Shown here: piece by piece, positions 8,592-18,308 of the stretch
Position numbering within the stretch: position 1 is the first letter of the stretch
How the letters are laid out: each line of letters opens with the position of its first letter
IMG/VR virus record: IMGVR_UViG_3300012361_000002
Strand: one strand, 5' to 3'
DNA: 64,000 nucleotides
DNA from: an uncultured virus (IMG/VR IMGVR_UViG_3300012361_000002)
Taxonomy: Duplodnaviria > Heunggongvirae > Uroviricota > Caudoviricetes
Translations under genes and position numbers: made by a program
Notes under the pieces: model-generated
What the model saw: only the letters and a program-made list of their open reading frames with translations
Told to the model about the DNA's origin: nothing
Database searches by the model: none

Positions 8592-10052
8592 CTACCAATC
8601 ACACGATGCCATACCGATCACGCCAAACGGCACCGATGGCGCTGCCGCTGGGCCAGGCAGTATCTCTAAGGCAAGGGAGTTGACGCCGCTCGTGACACCG
8701 GGGGCGAGGAACGTCCACGAGCAGTTCTGCAAGGTCGTCGGCTGGTTGTAGGCGTGAGCCCAACCATCGCCCGACGAATAGGCCGTCCCATCTATAAACC
8801 CCGTGAAGCTGAGAATGTCGCTGAGCACGTCCGTCCCGGACGGGCTCGTCAGCGCCGTGACGGGACCGTTGCCGTCCGAAAGAAGATAAATGCAAAGACT
8901 GTTGTTGGCCGACGGGGTGAAGTCGGGCTGGTGCTGAATGGAAGTTTGCGAAGAGGTAATGACCGTGCCGTCTACATGGACCACGGCACCGATCGGACTC
9001 GTCAGATGCGCGCCGGCGATGTCGTAGAGGGTGAAGTGCGCTTGCTGCGACTGCGGACTCGTCTCATGAAGAGTGACCGTCAGGTTCGGGTTGGGAGACG
9101 CATTCTTGAAATAGAAGACCGGCAGTGCCCCTGCCTGCATCTGCGCGTTGGTGAACAGGCTCGTCCAAGTGTTGCCTTCTGAATCGGTAACTGAAACAGG
9201 CGGTTCAAGATTGAAAACATTGGTCGTGATCAGCATCCTGAATGTGCCGACCGTCGGGAACTGCACGGGCCATGTGGCGATCTCTAGCGCTATGAACATC
9301 GGATGGAAGCCGACCAGGCGCACGCCAGCGCCGGGGACCGTTCCAGCGCCTGGCGAGAGCTTCAGCGCGACGGCGACACAGTTAAATGCGTCCGTGGTGT
9401 CGTTGGTAGGCGACATGCCGGGGTTGACCGCGGCACTGGTCGCCTGGACCTGATAGGCGGAAGCGTGCGGAGTTCCCTGGTTCTGCCAACCATTTTGGCC
9501 ATTCTTCAGCGTGAAGCCGCTGGATGGCGAGAACGACAGCGTGGGAACATTCGCCGACGCACCGCCATCGAACTGGAAGTACGACAGGATCAGGTTGCCG
9601 CCGTTGGCGTCGTTGTTGCCCGGCGTGAATGACCCGCAGCCAATCGGCGTAGTGCCCCCAAAGACTTGGCTGGCCGCGCTCGACGTGCCGTTGGCCGGAC
9701 TCGAAGTGGCGATGCCGGCCCACTCCTCCCACACGAAGATCGGGTTGGGATTCTGGGTCCCGGTGAACACGATAGTCAGCTTCGCCTTCCCGGATCCGGA
9801 GTTGGGAAATAGGAAGATGGCCGTCTTGGAGTTGGCCCCCGTGACGGTGACCGCGGGAGTCGTCGACCAGCTGCCGTTGATGGTGTCGGAGATGGTGGAG
9901 ATCGTCGCCGTGGCGACGTACGACATCACGAGGACGAGACAGTTGCCAGCATTAACCCGCCGCTCGTTTAACACATAGTTGTTGCCGCTGGTGCCGTCGA
10001 CGCCAATCGGGTCGCCGCAAGTAAAGATTCCCTGGACGAGCGTCGCGTTCAT
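8592..10052 (-). CDS. Two-domain S/T/G-rich adhesin-like virion protein
   Basis: 486 aa; similar motifs to the two downstream paralogues (AGNCLVLV, WEEWAGI); ends GVIGMASCDW. Confidence 0.7.
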   Translation of the reverse strand: MNATLVQGIFTCGDPIGVDGTSGNNYVLNERRVNAGNCLVLVMSYVATATISTISDTINGSWSTTPAVTVTGANSKTAIFLFPNSGSGKAKLTIVFTGTQNPNPIFVWEEWAGIATSSPANGTSSAASQVFGGTTPIGCGSFTPGNNDANGGNLILSYFQFDGGASANVPTLSFSPSSGFTLKNGQNGWQNQGTPHASAYQVQATSAAVNPGMSPTNDTTDAFNCVAVALKLSPGAGTVPGAGVRLVGFHPMFIALEIATWPVQFPTVGTFRMLITTNVFNLEPPVSVTDSEGNTWTSLFTNAQMQAGALPVFYFKNASPNPNLTVTLHETSPQSQQAHFTLYDIAGAHLTSPIGAVVHVDGTVITSSQTSIQHQPDFTPSANNSLCIYLLSDGNGPVTALTSPSGTDVLSDILSFTGFIDGTAYSSGDGWAHAYNQPTTLQNCSWTFLAPGVTSGVNSLALEILPGPAAAPSVPFGVIGMASCDW

Positions 10053-12238
10053 GGTTGAACAAATGGAGTGCCGGCATCAAAGCGAGCCTTCGCAGGGTTA
10101 CCGGATCCGGCGCAACTATTTGCCTGGAACTGTGGAATCGCTGCTGGCGTCACCCACGGCCACGGATAGGTGCAGGAAGCCCCGGTGAAGAACGACGGTT
10201 TGACGGGCAAATAGAACGAATTAGGCAGGTTGTGATCCGGGGTGCCCGCATCGTACTGTATCGAGCTGTTGAAGTAATTGTAGTTGCCGTGACGGAACGT
10301 CCACGTCGTGCCGTTGGGGTCGACCGGCTGCGGGACAACGTCGCGCCAACCGAGCAGCCAGATCCCGGGATTCTGATTAGCTCCGTTGTTGGAAAACTGC
10401 GCGTTCAGTTGAAACGCGTTCCCGGCCACGGTCACACCCGACACGCCGAGAACATTACCGACGAAGGCGTGCCAGTAATTGTACTCCTGCACCCCCGCGG
10501 CACGGAGGACGCCGCATCCGCTGCCGTTCCCGTTGCAGTTCGACCCGGCCGAGTCGGTGATCGTGAAGCCCGAGTTGCTCTGACCGGAGAAGTAATAGAG
10601 GTAGGGACTTCGTATGGCGGTCCCAAGGTTACGGAACCTCGTGTGATAGAACGCCGACCCGTGAGTCGAATCGTCGTCCAGGTTGTGCGACCAGTTCCCC
10701 TCGAAGAGCATGTGGTGGCTCCCGGCGAGATGTGACCCGTTCGCCCCCAACTCGACGAACGTGGGGGGAACGCCCGGGATCATGTCCATGTAGTTGTAGG
10801 CCACGACGCTGCCCGCACCTCCGGCCTTCATCACCATGCCCTTGCCGTTGAGGACCGATATGTTGTTTACGATGTACGCCTCGGTTGTGGTCTGAAGGTT
10901 AATTCCGTACTCCGCCCCATTCGAGGCCGGATGAACATAATGGTGAATGAAGCTCTTGTTGATCTCGATCCTTGCCGAGTATGTCGATGACATGCCGCCA
11001 CCGAACCACGTGTCCGACTCGACGCCCTTGGCCCAGCAGTAGGCGCACACGTTGAACACCACCCCGCCGCTGCTGGCACCGTGGATGGTCAAGTTCTCTA
11101 TGCCGACGTTCTGCACGAACGCCAGCGGCGTCGGGGCATATAGGCGCGAGACGAGGGATGTCTGGAAGGCGATGGTCAGGGGGCTGTCGAAGGTGATCGT
11201 GTTCCCGTTTATCGCGATGATCTTTTTGATCTCGTTCACCACGTAACCGTCCGTGGTCGAGCATAGACTCTGGGTGTAGGCGCAGAACACGAAGCAGCTG
11301 GCGACGGTCCCGCACTCGTCTCCGGTTATGGTCGGGCTGTGGAGCTGCCACGCCAGCCTGTTGGTCGCCGACTGCTTCCCGTTGACCAGGCTGCTGCCGG
11401 TGCTGTTGAGAAAATCAGGCGAAGCATAGACCATCCCCCCGGTCGCGTACCCCGTGCCGGCTGCGGGATCGGTCTGGAAGGACGGATTGTTGCCCTGGTT
11501 GAGCAGGACCCACTGACCGACAGAGAACCCGCTCACGCTGGCCACGGTGATCTTGGTGTCGCCCTGCGCCGCGTCCGCCGTCAGCGTCGTCGGCGTCGTC
11601 CAATTATTGTTGGCACTCTCGGGATAACCGAGCCCCAGCGTGATGACGGGGTTCGGGACGCAGCCATTAAGATTGCATCCGTTGTTGGCAGCAATATTTG
11701 CCCCGCTGACCACCGCGCCCCAGGCGCTGGAATCTAATATCGTCGCGCAATACGGGCTTCCGGTGAAGTTGGCCCCCGTGCCGACGGTGCCGTTCGCAGA
11801 GGTGCCGGAGGAGGCGTTGCAGTCGTCTCCCATGGCCGAAGTAGCGCAGTTCGACGTCTGCGTGCAGCCGCGGATCGTTATGCCCTTCTCGACGTTCAGC
11901 GTCTCACTTTCGCCGATCAGGAACCTGCCGACTCCGAGCTGGACGACCTGCCCCGGCGTGCAGTTGTTGATGGCCGTCTGGATCTGCGGTTTGTCATCCA
12001 TTCCGCTACCGAGCGGAGTGAGCACAAGGCCGCAAATGGTGGTGCGGTTCGGGATGCCGTCCACAGACTGCATCCCCGCCATCCGCCAGTTGGCGTTCGC
12101 GTCGTTGTACAATGGCAGCACTCCGAACGTCGGGTTTCCGGAGAACACGGGCGGCGTCACCACGGGCTGCGCGTGGAGCGCGACAGCCATCGCCGCGGCA
12201 AGCGCGGCAAAGAGAACGGTTCCCAGCTTCTTCATCAT
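10049..12238 (-). CDS. Beta-helix glycoside hydrolase/lyase-like protein with N-terminal signal peptide
   Basis: MMKKLGTVLFAALAAAMAVALHA-QP; DDKPQIQTAINNC..GQVVQLGVGRF; VQNVGIENLTI beta-helix repeats. Confidence 0.7.
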   Translation of the reverse strand: MMKKLGTVLFAALAAAMAVALHAQPVVTPPVFSGNPTFGVLPLYNDANANWRMAGMQSVDGIPNRTTICGLVLTPLGSGMDDKPQIQTAINNCTPGQVVQLGVGRFLIGESETLNVEKGITIRGCTQTSNCATSAMGDDCNASSGTSANGTVGTGANFTGSPYCATILDSSAWGAVVSGANIAANNGCNLNGCVPNPVITLGLGYPESANNNWTTPTTLTADAAQGDTKITVASVSGFSVGQWVLLNQGNNPSFQTDPAAGTGYATGGMVYASPDFLNSTGSSLVNGKQSATNRLAWQLHSPTITGDECGTVASCFVFCAYTQSLCSTTDGYVVNEIKKIIAINGNTITFDSPLTIAFQTSLVSRLYAPTPLAFVQNVGIENLTIHGASSGGVVFNVCAYCWAKGVESDTWFGGGMSSTYSARIEINKSFIHHYVHPASNGAEYGINLQTTTEAYIVNNISVLNGKGMVMKAGGAGSVVAYNYMDMIPGVPPTFVELGANGSHLAGSHHMLFEGNWSHNLDDDSTHGSAFYHTRFRNLGTAIRSPYLYYFSGQSNSGFTITDSAGSNCNGNGSGCGVLRAAGVQEYNYWHAFVGNVLGVSGVTVAGNAFQLNAQFSNNGANQNPGIWLLGWRDVVPQPVDPNGTTWTFRHGNYNYFNSSIQYDAGTPDHNLPNSFYLPVKPSFFTGASCTYPWPWVTPAAIPQFQANSCAGSGNPAKARFDAGTPFVQP

Positions 12239-12846
12239 GGCACCGTGAAGATCGAGATGTTTATCGGGATATCACCCGTCGCCGTGAACAGGAACGAGAC
12301 GTTGGTCCCGTTGGTCTCCGCCTGCGTCGGCACGTAATCATATTGGCCGTTACCTAGGTTCGTCACGGTTCCCCCGCCTGCGCCCTGCGCACCGCCATCT
12401 TTGGAGACAAAGACCGAGACGGCGGCGCCCGTATCTGCAATTCCAGCCGTCGTCATCATCACGAAAGTGACGTGTTGGGTGGCGACTTGATTCTTGTGCA
12501 GGCCGCCCGTCAGGAACATCAGGTTCTCGGGAACGGCGCTGCTCGCCGTGATCAGGAAGCTGACGCAGTTCCCGTTGGTCTCCGCCTGGGTGGGGGCATA
12601 GTTGTAGACGCCGTTCCCGAGTTCGGAGAACGTCCCCGTGGTGGAAGCCTGGGCACCGCCATCTTTTGACGTGAACCCAACGATAGTGGCGCCTGTGAGC
12701 GCGTTGCTGTTCGTCACGTTGACGAGTTCGAACGTGAAGTTCTGGTTGGGAACGTTTTTCAGTAAGCTCATATCGCCCAGGTTTCCGGTCGGTGGCGGTA
12801 CAAGAGAAAACGGATTCCTTGCTATCGGCCCGCTCGCAAAGGTCAT
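12235..12846 (-). CDS. Structural protein with internal domain duplication
   Basis: SKDGGAQ...LGNG(V/Q)Y(N/D)Y(A/V)PTQAETNG occurs twice; ATGA overlap with the upstream stop. Confidence 0.7.
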   Translation of the reverse strand: MTFASGPIARNPFSLVPPPTGNLGDMSLLKNVPNQNFTFELVNVTNSNALTGATIVGFTSKDGGAQASTTGTFSELGNGVYNYAPTQAETNGNCVSFLITASSAVPENLMFLTGGLHKNQVATQHVTFVMMTTAGIADTGAAVSVFVSKDGGAQGAGGGTVTNLGNGQYDYVPTQAETNGTNVSFLFTATGDIPINISIFTVP

Positions 12847-13529
12847 TGCGGGACCAGCGTTGCCGAGAGCCCCCAGTGTATGCCCGCGCAACAATCAACG
12901 GTGGGGAACGTGGCTGGCATGGCCCCGAACGTCTGTCCGGCCCACTTGGCCTGACCAGAGGATTGATCGACGGGAAAACTCAGGTTGCTGCTGCTAGGCT
13001 CGTAGGCCAGCCAGTAAGTTCCTGCCGGGACCGGCACGTTGCCGACCGGCTGGGTGTTCCGGCCAGCGGTTGGCGTGAACGTCCCGGTCTGGACGACGAT
13101 CTGGTTGTCCAACGTGTAAACGCCAAGGCGGAGCTGACCGGCAGGATTTGTCACGCAGAACGATAAACTCTTGAGCGTTCCGGCCTGCGCCAACGTCGCG
13201 GCTTGCACCAGGATCAAGCCGCCGTTGCCGCCGTCAGTGCCAGCGAGGTTGCACGATGTCTCGCCCATCGTGATCGTCATAGCGGGAGGCGGAGGAGGTG
13301 GAGGCGGTGAAGGCGGTGGCGGAGGAGGAGGCGGAGGAGGCGCACCGCTACAATCAATATTTGGGTTTGCGGGACCTGAAAACGGTGCTGTCATCGCTGC
13401 TAGGGGAGGGGAGATCACCGTCCCGCCGGGCACAGGACACGATTGCGAGAACGTAGGCTCGGTCCAATGCAGAAATGGAACCACACTTAGCAATATCGTA
13501 AAAACTACCTTCGGAACGTCGATGCGCAT
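12843..13529 (-). CDS. Signal/TM-bearing protein with polyproline linker and C-terminal beta domain
   Basis: AGGAGG SD before MRIDVPK; hydrophobic N-terminus; long poly-Pro run. Confidence 0.65.
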   Translation of the reverse strand: MRIDVPKVVFTILLSVVPFLHWTEPTFSQSCPVPGGTVISPPLAAMTAPFSGPANPNIDCSGAPPPPPPPPPPSPPPPPPPPAMTITMGETSCNLAGTDGGNGGLILVQAATLAQAGTLKSLSFCVTNPAGQLRLGVYTLDNQIVVQTGTFTPTAGRNTQPVGNVPVPAGTYWLAYEPSSSNLSFPVDQSSGQAKWAGQTFGAMPATFPTVDCCAGIHWGLSATLVPQ

Positions 13530-13559
13530 TGCCTTCATCCTCCTGGTGGCGGCCTTCAG

Positions 13560-13672
13560 ATAAATCTTGTTATCAGACATCTTCGAGCACACTACGCACC
13601 GATCATTTGATGCGTAGCGCTCGGCAACGTGACCGTGACGGCACGGATTCCCGGTGAAATATCGCTTTCCCC
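13560..13672 (-). pseudogene. Remnant of an HNH-endonuclease N-terminal Zn-binding module
   Basis: KRYFTGNPCRHGHVAERYASNDRCVVC with no nuclease domain following. Confidence 0.5.
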
Positions 13673-16087
13673 TCAGACCGCGCTCAGGTCGTTTGCGACC
13701 CTCCTCACCAACTCGTCCCACTCGCCGACCTTCTGCTGCCTGTAAATCTTGACGCTAGGATACCACGGGCTGCGCTCGTTCCAAGGTGAGCCGGGACGCT
13801 CGGCCATCCAGTGCCACGACCCTGGCTCGGCCGAGTTCAGCAGCCATACGGGCTTGCCCATCGCGCCGGCGAGATGCACTACCGCCGTGTCAACAGAGAT
13901 GACCAAGTCGAGGTTGGCGACCAACGCCGCAGTATCGTCCCAGGACGGTTTTTCTGGGAGAACATCCTCTGCCAATCTGTTTTGCGTGCGTTCTGGGCCA
14001 ACTTGAAGCGATATGAAATCAAACCCATCTACATCAAGGAGCGGTTTCAGATCGTCGAAGTGCATCGACTTGCGCTTGCCATACCTCGCGATCCATAGTC
14101 CCTCACGGATGCCGGACGACCAGCACAATCCAACGCTCCGACATCGTTCGCTCAACGGAAGACTTCTGCAGTACTTGGCAACGAGGTCAGGATCGGCGTG
14201 CAGGTACGGCCCGAACGACGGCACGGTGTCGACCTCCGTCCCGAACACGTGCGGGAGTTCGCCGATCGGGATGTGATAGTCGAACGCCTCGATGCCGATC
14301 GCGCCCGGATAGTCTATGGCCTGCGGGACCACCTTGACTCCTGGGAAGCTGCGCTGCATCAGGGACAGCATGTTCTCGTAGGCCTCGTAGCGAACGTCGT
14401 AGCCATCGTCGACCATCAGCTGGAGGTACCGCGCGCAACAAAGGTTGTCTCCGAACCCGGCCTCTGCGTGGACGTGGATGCGCGCCGGAGATTTCAGGTT
14501 CACGCAATCGTCGTTGCTCAGCGCTGGCTCACCGTTCCACATCGGCGAATCGAAGCGATTGACCGGCACGTACAGCGGCAGTTGTGTGCGCTCCACGGAC
14601 CTCCAGGTGTGTTCCTTCCAGCCCTCTCTGTAGCGGCCCAGAGCGTGCAGCGACAGACTCTTGTTCCAGTGGCACGTCGCCGGCTCGCTGACGCCGGCCT
14701 CCAGGGCCTCGTCATAGAGCGCTATCGCGTCCTCGTGCCGCCCCTCGCGGTAGGCGGTGAAGGCCAGGGTCAGCGTCGCGTCACCATGGGCGGTGGGCGG
14801 TTCTTTGGTGAAGCGGACCTCGTGTGCCAGCCTCTCGGCTTCGGCGTAGACCTCTTTCGTCGGCTCGTCGTCGAACAGCGCCGAGATCATGTCCAACTTA
14901 GGTTCAACTGCGTCCGGGTCGACCTCCATAGCGCGCCGGAAGGCGGCCTTCGCCTCCTCCAGTTTCTCCGACCAGAGGTAGAGGCCGCCGAGCATGCGCC
15001 ACGCATGAACGTTGTCAGGCTCGATGCGCGTCGCCACGATGGCCTCGTTGATCGCCCGGTCCCAGTGCCGCATCGGCCGCAATGTCTGCCCCACCATCTC
15101 CAGGATATACTCGACGGCGTCCGGGACACACTTGATCGCTTCCTGGTACCAGTCGAACGCCGTCCCCAGCTTCTTCTGGCTGGCCGCGATCTTCGCGAAG
15201 AAAAAACATGCCTCCCCGCGGGCGACGCGCTGCGCCGTGGTCTCTGGATTCTTCGTGATCGTGTAGATCAAGCGGAAGAGGTTGTTGGCGTCCAGGACGC
15301 GGCCGGCGTGGTAGTACCCGCTGGCCTGCGCCAGCAGATCCTTGAGGTTGACCGTATCGCTCGGGACGGGGGTCACCTCGACGGACGACACCATCCCAAC
15401 CCAGCCAGCCTGGTAATGCTGGAACATCTGCTCGGCACCTACCTCCGCGGCATACCTCGCGACCAACCCACCCTTGCCGCCGACCTCGATGTAGGGGCAG
15501 TTCTCTAGGACGATCGGGGCGTCGTCGACCGCAACGAGCGTGTCCGGCAGCAGGATCGGCAACGCCGCCAGCAGTTCGTCGAGGTGGTGCTTCTGGGCCA
15601 TAAGCGTCGCAGCCCAGTTCAGGTTCGATGCGTCGAGGTAGAGCAGGTCGATCGGAACGGAAGAAACATCGGCCGCCGCCTTCAGGTATTGAACGCTGTC
15701 GCCGCAGTGGATGTACGAGGAACCACATACCGCTCCCCTGCACAAGTCGACGGAGGAGGCATCCGTGTCCACGGATTCGAACGATGACCCGGGATGTGTC
15801 CTCACGTACTTGTCGAACAGCAGCGTCGAGCACCCGTTGCCGCCCCAGCCATCATCGTTGAACCTCTCCGCGCAACCGGTCTCGACGATCAGCACTGGCC
15901 GGTCGAACCGGTCGAGGTGCTCGAACATCATGCGGAAGGTGTCGGCGCGGGTGTGATACGACGGGACGGGCCACGACTTGAGCCGCGGGATCGCGTGCTC
16001 CTCGTACCACTTCCAGAAATCTACGGAGTACCCTGGGCCACGAACGGGTTGGGTCGTTCGTTTGTCATCGTGGGCGGTTCCATGCAT
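13673..16087 (-). CDS. SAM methyltransferase-TPR-glycosyltransferase (GT9-like/FlmG-like GT-B) fusion
   Basis: N-term LIVETG...SVDTD...GDSV...IDLLYLD; central TPR helices; C-term HAEAGFGDNL, DYHIPIGELP, VGLCWS, FISLQ, LDLVISVDTAVVHLAGAMGKPVW. Confidence 0.85.
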   Translation of the reverse strand: MHGTAHDDKRTTQPVRGPGYSVDFWKWYEEHAIPRLKSWPVPSYHTRADTFRMMFEHLDRFDRPVLIVETGCAERFNDDGWGGNGCSTLLFDKYVRTHPGSSFESVDTDASSVDLCRGAVCGSSYIHCGDSVQYLKAAADVSSVPIDLLYLDASNLNWAATLMAQKHHLDELLAALPILLPDTLVAVDDAPIVLENCPYIEVGGKGGLVARYAAEVGAEQMFQHYQAGWVGMVSSVEVTPVPSDTVNLKDLLAQASGYYHAGRVLDANNLFRLIYTITKNPETTAQRVARGEACFFFAKIAASQKKLGTAFDWYQEAIKCVPDAVEYILEMVGQTLRPMRHWDRAINEAIVATRIEPDNVHAWRMLGGLYLWSEKLEEAKAAFRRAMEVDPDAVEPKLDMISALFDDEPTKEVYAEAERLAHEVRFTKEPPTAHGDATLTLAFTAYREGRHEDAIALYDEALEAGVSEPATCHWNKSLSLHALGRYREGWKEHTWRSVERTQLPLYVPVNRFDSPMWNGEPALSNDDCVNLKSPARIHVHAEAGFGDNLCCARYLQLMVDDGYDVRYEAYENMLSLMQRSFPGVKVVPQAIDYPGAIGIEAFDYHIPIGELPHVFGTEVDTVPSFGPYLHADPDLVAKYCRSLPLSERCRSVGLCWSSGIREGLWIARYGKRKSMHFDDLKPLLDVDGFDFISLQVGPERTQNRLAEDVLPEKPSWDDTAALVANLDLVISVDTAVVHLAGAMGKPVWLLNSAEPGSWHWMAERPGSPWNERSPWYPSVKIYRQQKVGEWDELVRRVANDLSAV

Positions 16088-16461
16088 GGCGGTTCCGTTT
16101 CCTTTGGGTGGAGGCGGGTCCGCTCTTCGCCGATGTAGCCGTCGTCATAGAAGCGCACCCGAGACGTGCCGTAGCATCGATAACACATGCCGGCCTCTGG
16201 AGTGCTACCGCGCCCGCCACAGTCTGGGCAAGGCCGGTATTCGAAATTCTGCCATGGCGCGCCGTCTTTCTGCGTGACGGTGACGTGGATCTCGCCGAGG
16301 GAATGGGCGTTGCAGCCGAACTCCGGCGGGGTCTCGATGTTCAGCGCCTGGCACTGACCCTTCCCAGGAGCTGAGGTGGGTGTGAATATCTCAGACCCGT
16401 CGCTGTAGACGGTTTTCTTGCCCATGATCCAGTGGACGCAGTTGAAGCAATGGCCAGTCAC
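16021..16461 (-). CDS. Cys-rich (Zn-finger) hypothetical protein
   Basis: CFNC, CPDCGGRG...CYRCYG. Confidence 0.6.
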   Translation of the reverse strand: MTGHCFNCVHWIMGKKTVYSDGSEIFTPTSAPGKGQCQALNIETPPEFGCNAHSLGEIHVTVTQKDGAPWQNFEYRPCPDCGGRGSTPEAGMCYRCYGTSRVRFYDDGYIGEERTRLHPKETEPPCMEPPTMTNERPNPFVAQGTP

Positions 16462-17213
16462 GCTGCTTTCTCCATAGCCTTCAATGGTTCCATGATCACG
16501 TTCATACCATCAAAGACTCGGCAAGCGTAGCCATCACCGACAGCGGCAGCATAATCGTCTATGGCAAAGTTGTTTTCAGCCACGATGACAGGATAGCACC
16601 TTTCGATCGTCTCCCTGGCACCTTTAAGAACATCCAATTCCATCCCCTGAACATCGATCTTGATAAAGTCGAGACGTGGCAACTTGAAATCGTCAATTGC
16701 TGCGGCGGTAATCTCGACCTCGCCAACGGACGGAGGTTGATCGTACCTGCCCCATCCGTTCAAAGATAACCCACCGAAGTTAGCCGGCTTTTGATGGTCA
16801 ACTATCGGCACGACCATGATGCCGGATTGGGCGGCTGCCGCAGCCCACATCGCCCTCGCATTGAAGCAGTTGTTCATGGTGATGTTGCCGCACAGAGCAT
16901 AATAAATGCGCTCTTGGGCCTCTATTGCGTAGACTTCTCCCCACCCGTGCATTCTGATTGCCCACGCGATGGTATGGGTTCCTATGTTGGCACCAACGTC
17001 GAGAACAACCACGCCGTCGCCAAATTTCTCGCGTCTCGAACGAATAACGTCGAAACAATCATCTATTTCCTGTCGAAAATATTCACCAGTCTCCATAAGA
17101 TCGACGCCAACACCACGCCATCCATCACCGTTTGGGCGACGGAAATAATCGTAACGGTTGGCAAGCATCGGTCCAAAGTGGGTAGCGGTGATGACGAATG
17201 GATTGCGCTTCAC
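16458..17213 (-). CDS. FkbM-family methyltransferase
   Basis: VVLDVGANIGTHT, VYAIEAQ, LDFIKIDVQGMELDVLKGA. Confidence 0.9.
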   Translation of the reverse strand: MKRNPFVITATHFGPMLANRYDYFRRPNGDGWRGVGVDLMETGEYFRQEIDDCFDVIRSRREKFGDGVVVLDVGANIGTHTIAWAIRMHGWGEVYAIEAQERIYYALCGNITMNNCFNARAMWAAAAAQSGIMVVPIVDHQKPANFGGLSLNGWGRYDQPPSVGEVEITAAAIDDFKLPRLDFIKIDVQGMELDVLKGARETIERCYPVIVAENNFAIDDYAAAVGDGYACRVFDGMNVIMEPLKAMEKAA

Positions 17214-17518
17214 CCGTCACGACCTCTTTGCAGGGTCGCAATGATCGTAGCAGCTGATAAATCAATCCCAGCCTTTTGCAGCAAAACCCCATTCTCTGGA
17301 GAGAACTCTGCAAAGTGGCCACTCACGTCCAATCCAATTGGATTCGGTGCGGGAGTGCCGCCTATGGTCACAGTGCCAGCCACAACTTCGATCACGAGGA
17401 TTCTGTCACCACCTTTTGCGGCCGGAACTTGTACTTGCCTGTAGGGACCGACATTTGGAGGAACACTGTCAACTTCAGGCAAGCCAAGAAAAACTGTGAC
17501 GATGGTTGTAATTGCCAT
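17210..17518 (-). CDS. Hypothetical protein
   Basis: 102 aa, coupled to the FkbM gene; lower GC. Confidence 0.55.
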   Translation of the reverse strand: MAITTIVTVFLGLPEVDSVPPNVGPYRQVQVPAAKGGDRILVIEVVAGTVTIGGTPAPNPIGLDVSGHFAEFSPENGVLLQKAGIDLSAATIIATLQRGRDG

Positions 17519-17520
17519 GT

Positions 17521-17796
17521 TTAGAACTCCCCGAGATTGCCATAGAACTTGCTGCGGAAGACGGCCTCATCAATATCGCACTTCTTGAGCCACGTCTTGC
17601 AGGGTCTGCCGGCACATCCCAGACAAACCTCTTCCATACATGTCCGGCAGAAGTCGATGTAGTCCGTCATCTTTCTCAGGGACGGGAACTCGGTGACGTG
17701 CTGACAATGAGAGCACGTCGACGAGTGCATCTCGACGCACGTCCAACCGTCGCTGCGGAACGTGACCCCGCCAGGCTTGAAGTTCTGTAGCTTCAT
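17521..17796 (-). CDS. Cys-rich hypothetical protein
   Basis: MKLQNFKPGG...CSHC...CRTC..CLGC; TGATG coupling. Confidence 0.6.
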   Translation of the reverse strand: MKLQNFKPGGVTFRSDGWTCVEMHSSTCSHCQHVTEFPSLRKMTDYIDFCRTCMEEVCLGCAGRPCKTWLKKCDIDEAVFRSKFYGNLGEF

Positions 17797-18293
17797 CAGG
17801 CCTCGCCGAACGCGATCGTCCCGATGCCGGAGAACGCCTGGGCGCCGCCTGGACACAGCATGCGGATGGCGAGACCGTTTTGCGAGACGGACGGGACGAT
17901 GATGTTGTCGCCGTCGTCCAGGGCGCGCCACCTGTTGAACCCGCGCTGGTTGATGGGCCAGCTGTATATCGACAGGCCGTTGCCCTGGGTGGTTACCACC
18001 GCCTCCGTCGTCGCGAGGTTGGAGTAGGTCGAAAGCGCCGCTGAGCTGGCCGTGCCGTCCAACGGGTTTGGCGTGACCAGGGTGGAGGCAAGGGACGCGC
18101 TGGCCCCGATCCGCGACACGTCCCACAGCATCGAGGTGTCGGTGTTGGCGTAGGCGGCCGCCACCTGCCCGACGTTGGCCTCGTACAAGTTGATCCTGCG
18201 GGTCGATGCCGCCGCGGTCGAGACGTAGATGACGCCGGCCGAGCGGAACGCGACGCCGACCGAGCCGAGAAGTTGGACTCCGAAGTTTGCCAT
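17796..18293 (-). CDS. Putative virion protein, Ser/Thr/Ala-rich
   Basis: 165 aa; AGGAG SD; strongly GC3-biased codons. Confidence 0.7.
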   Translation of the reverse strand: MANFGVQLLGSVGVAFRSAGVIYVSTAAASTRRINLYEANVGQVAAAYANTDTSMLWDVSRIGASASLASTLVTPNPLDGTASSAALSTYSNLATTEAVVTTQGNGLSIYSWPINQRGFNRWRALDDGDNIIVPSVSQNGLAIRMLCPGGAQAFSGIGTIAFGEA

Positions 18294-18308
18294 GACGTTG
18301 ATCTCCTC

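Noticed and set aside
2831..12238. Diversity-generating retroelement acting on the adhesins
   Set aside because: No reverse transcriptase and no template/variable repeat pair differing at adenines seen in the window.
12843..13721. Genuine 292-aa fusion of an HNH Zn module to the poly-Pro protein
   Set aside because: A strong SD precedes ATG 13529 and a hydrophobic leader follows it; the upstream part has no good start and looks like a remnant.
14198..15508. 436-aa plus-strand ORF and similar antisense ORFs (e.g. 22761-23834, 18570-19478)
   Set aside because: They lie antisense to well-supported genes, as expected from high GC3, and show no motifs.
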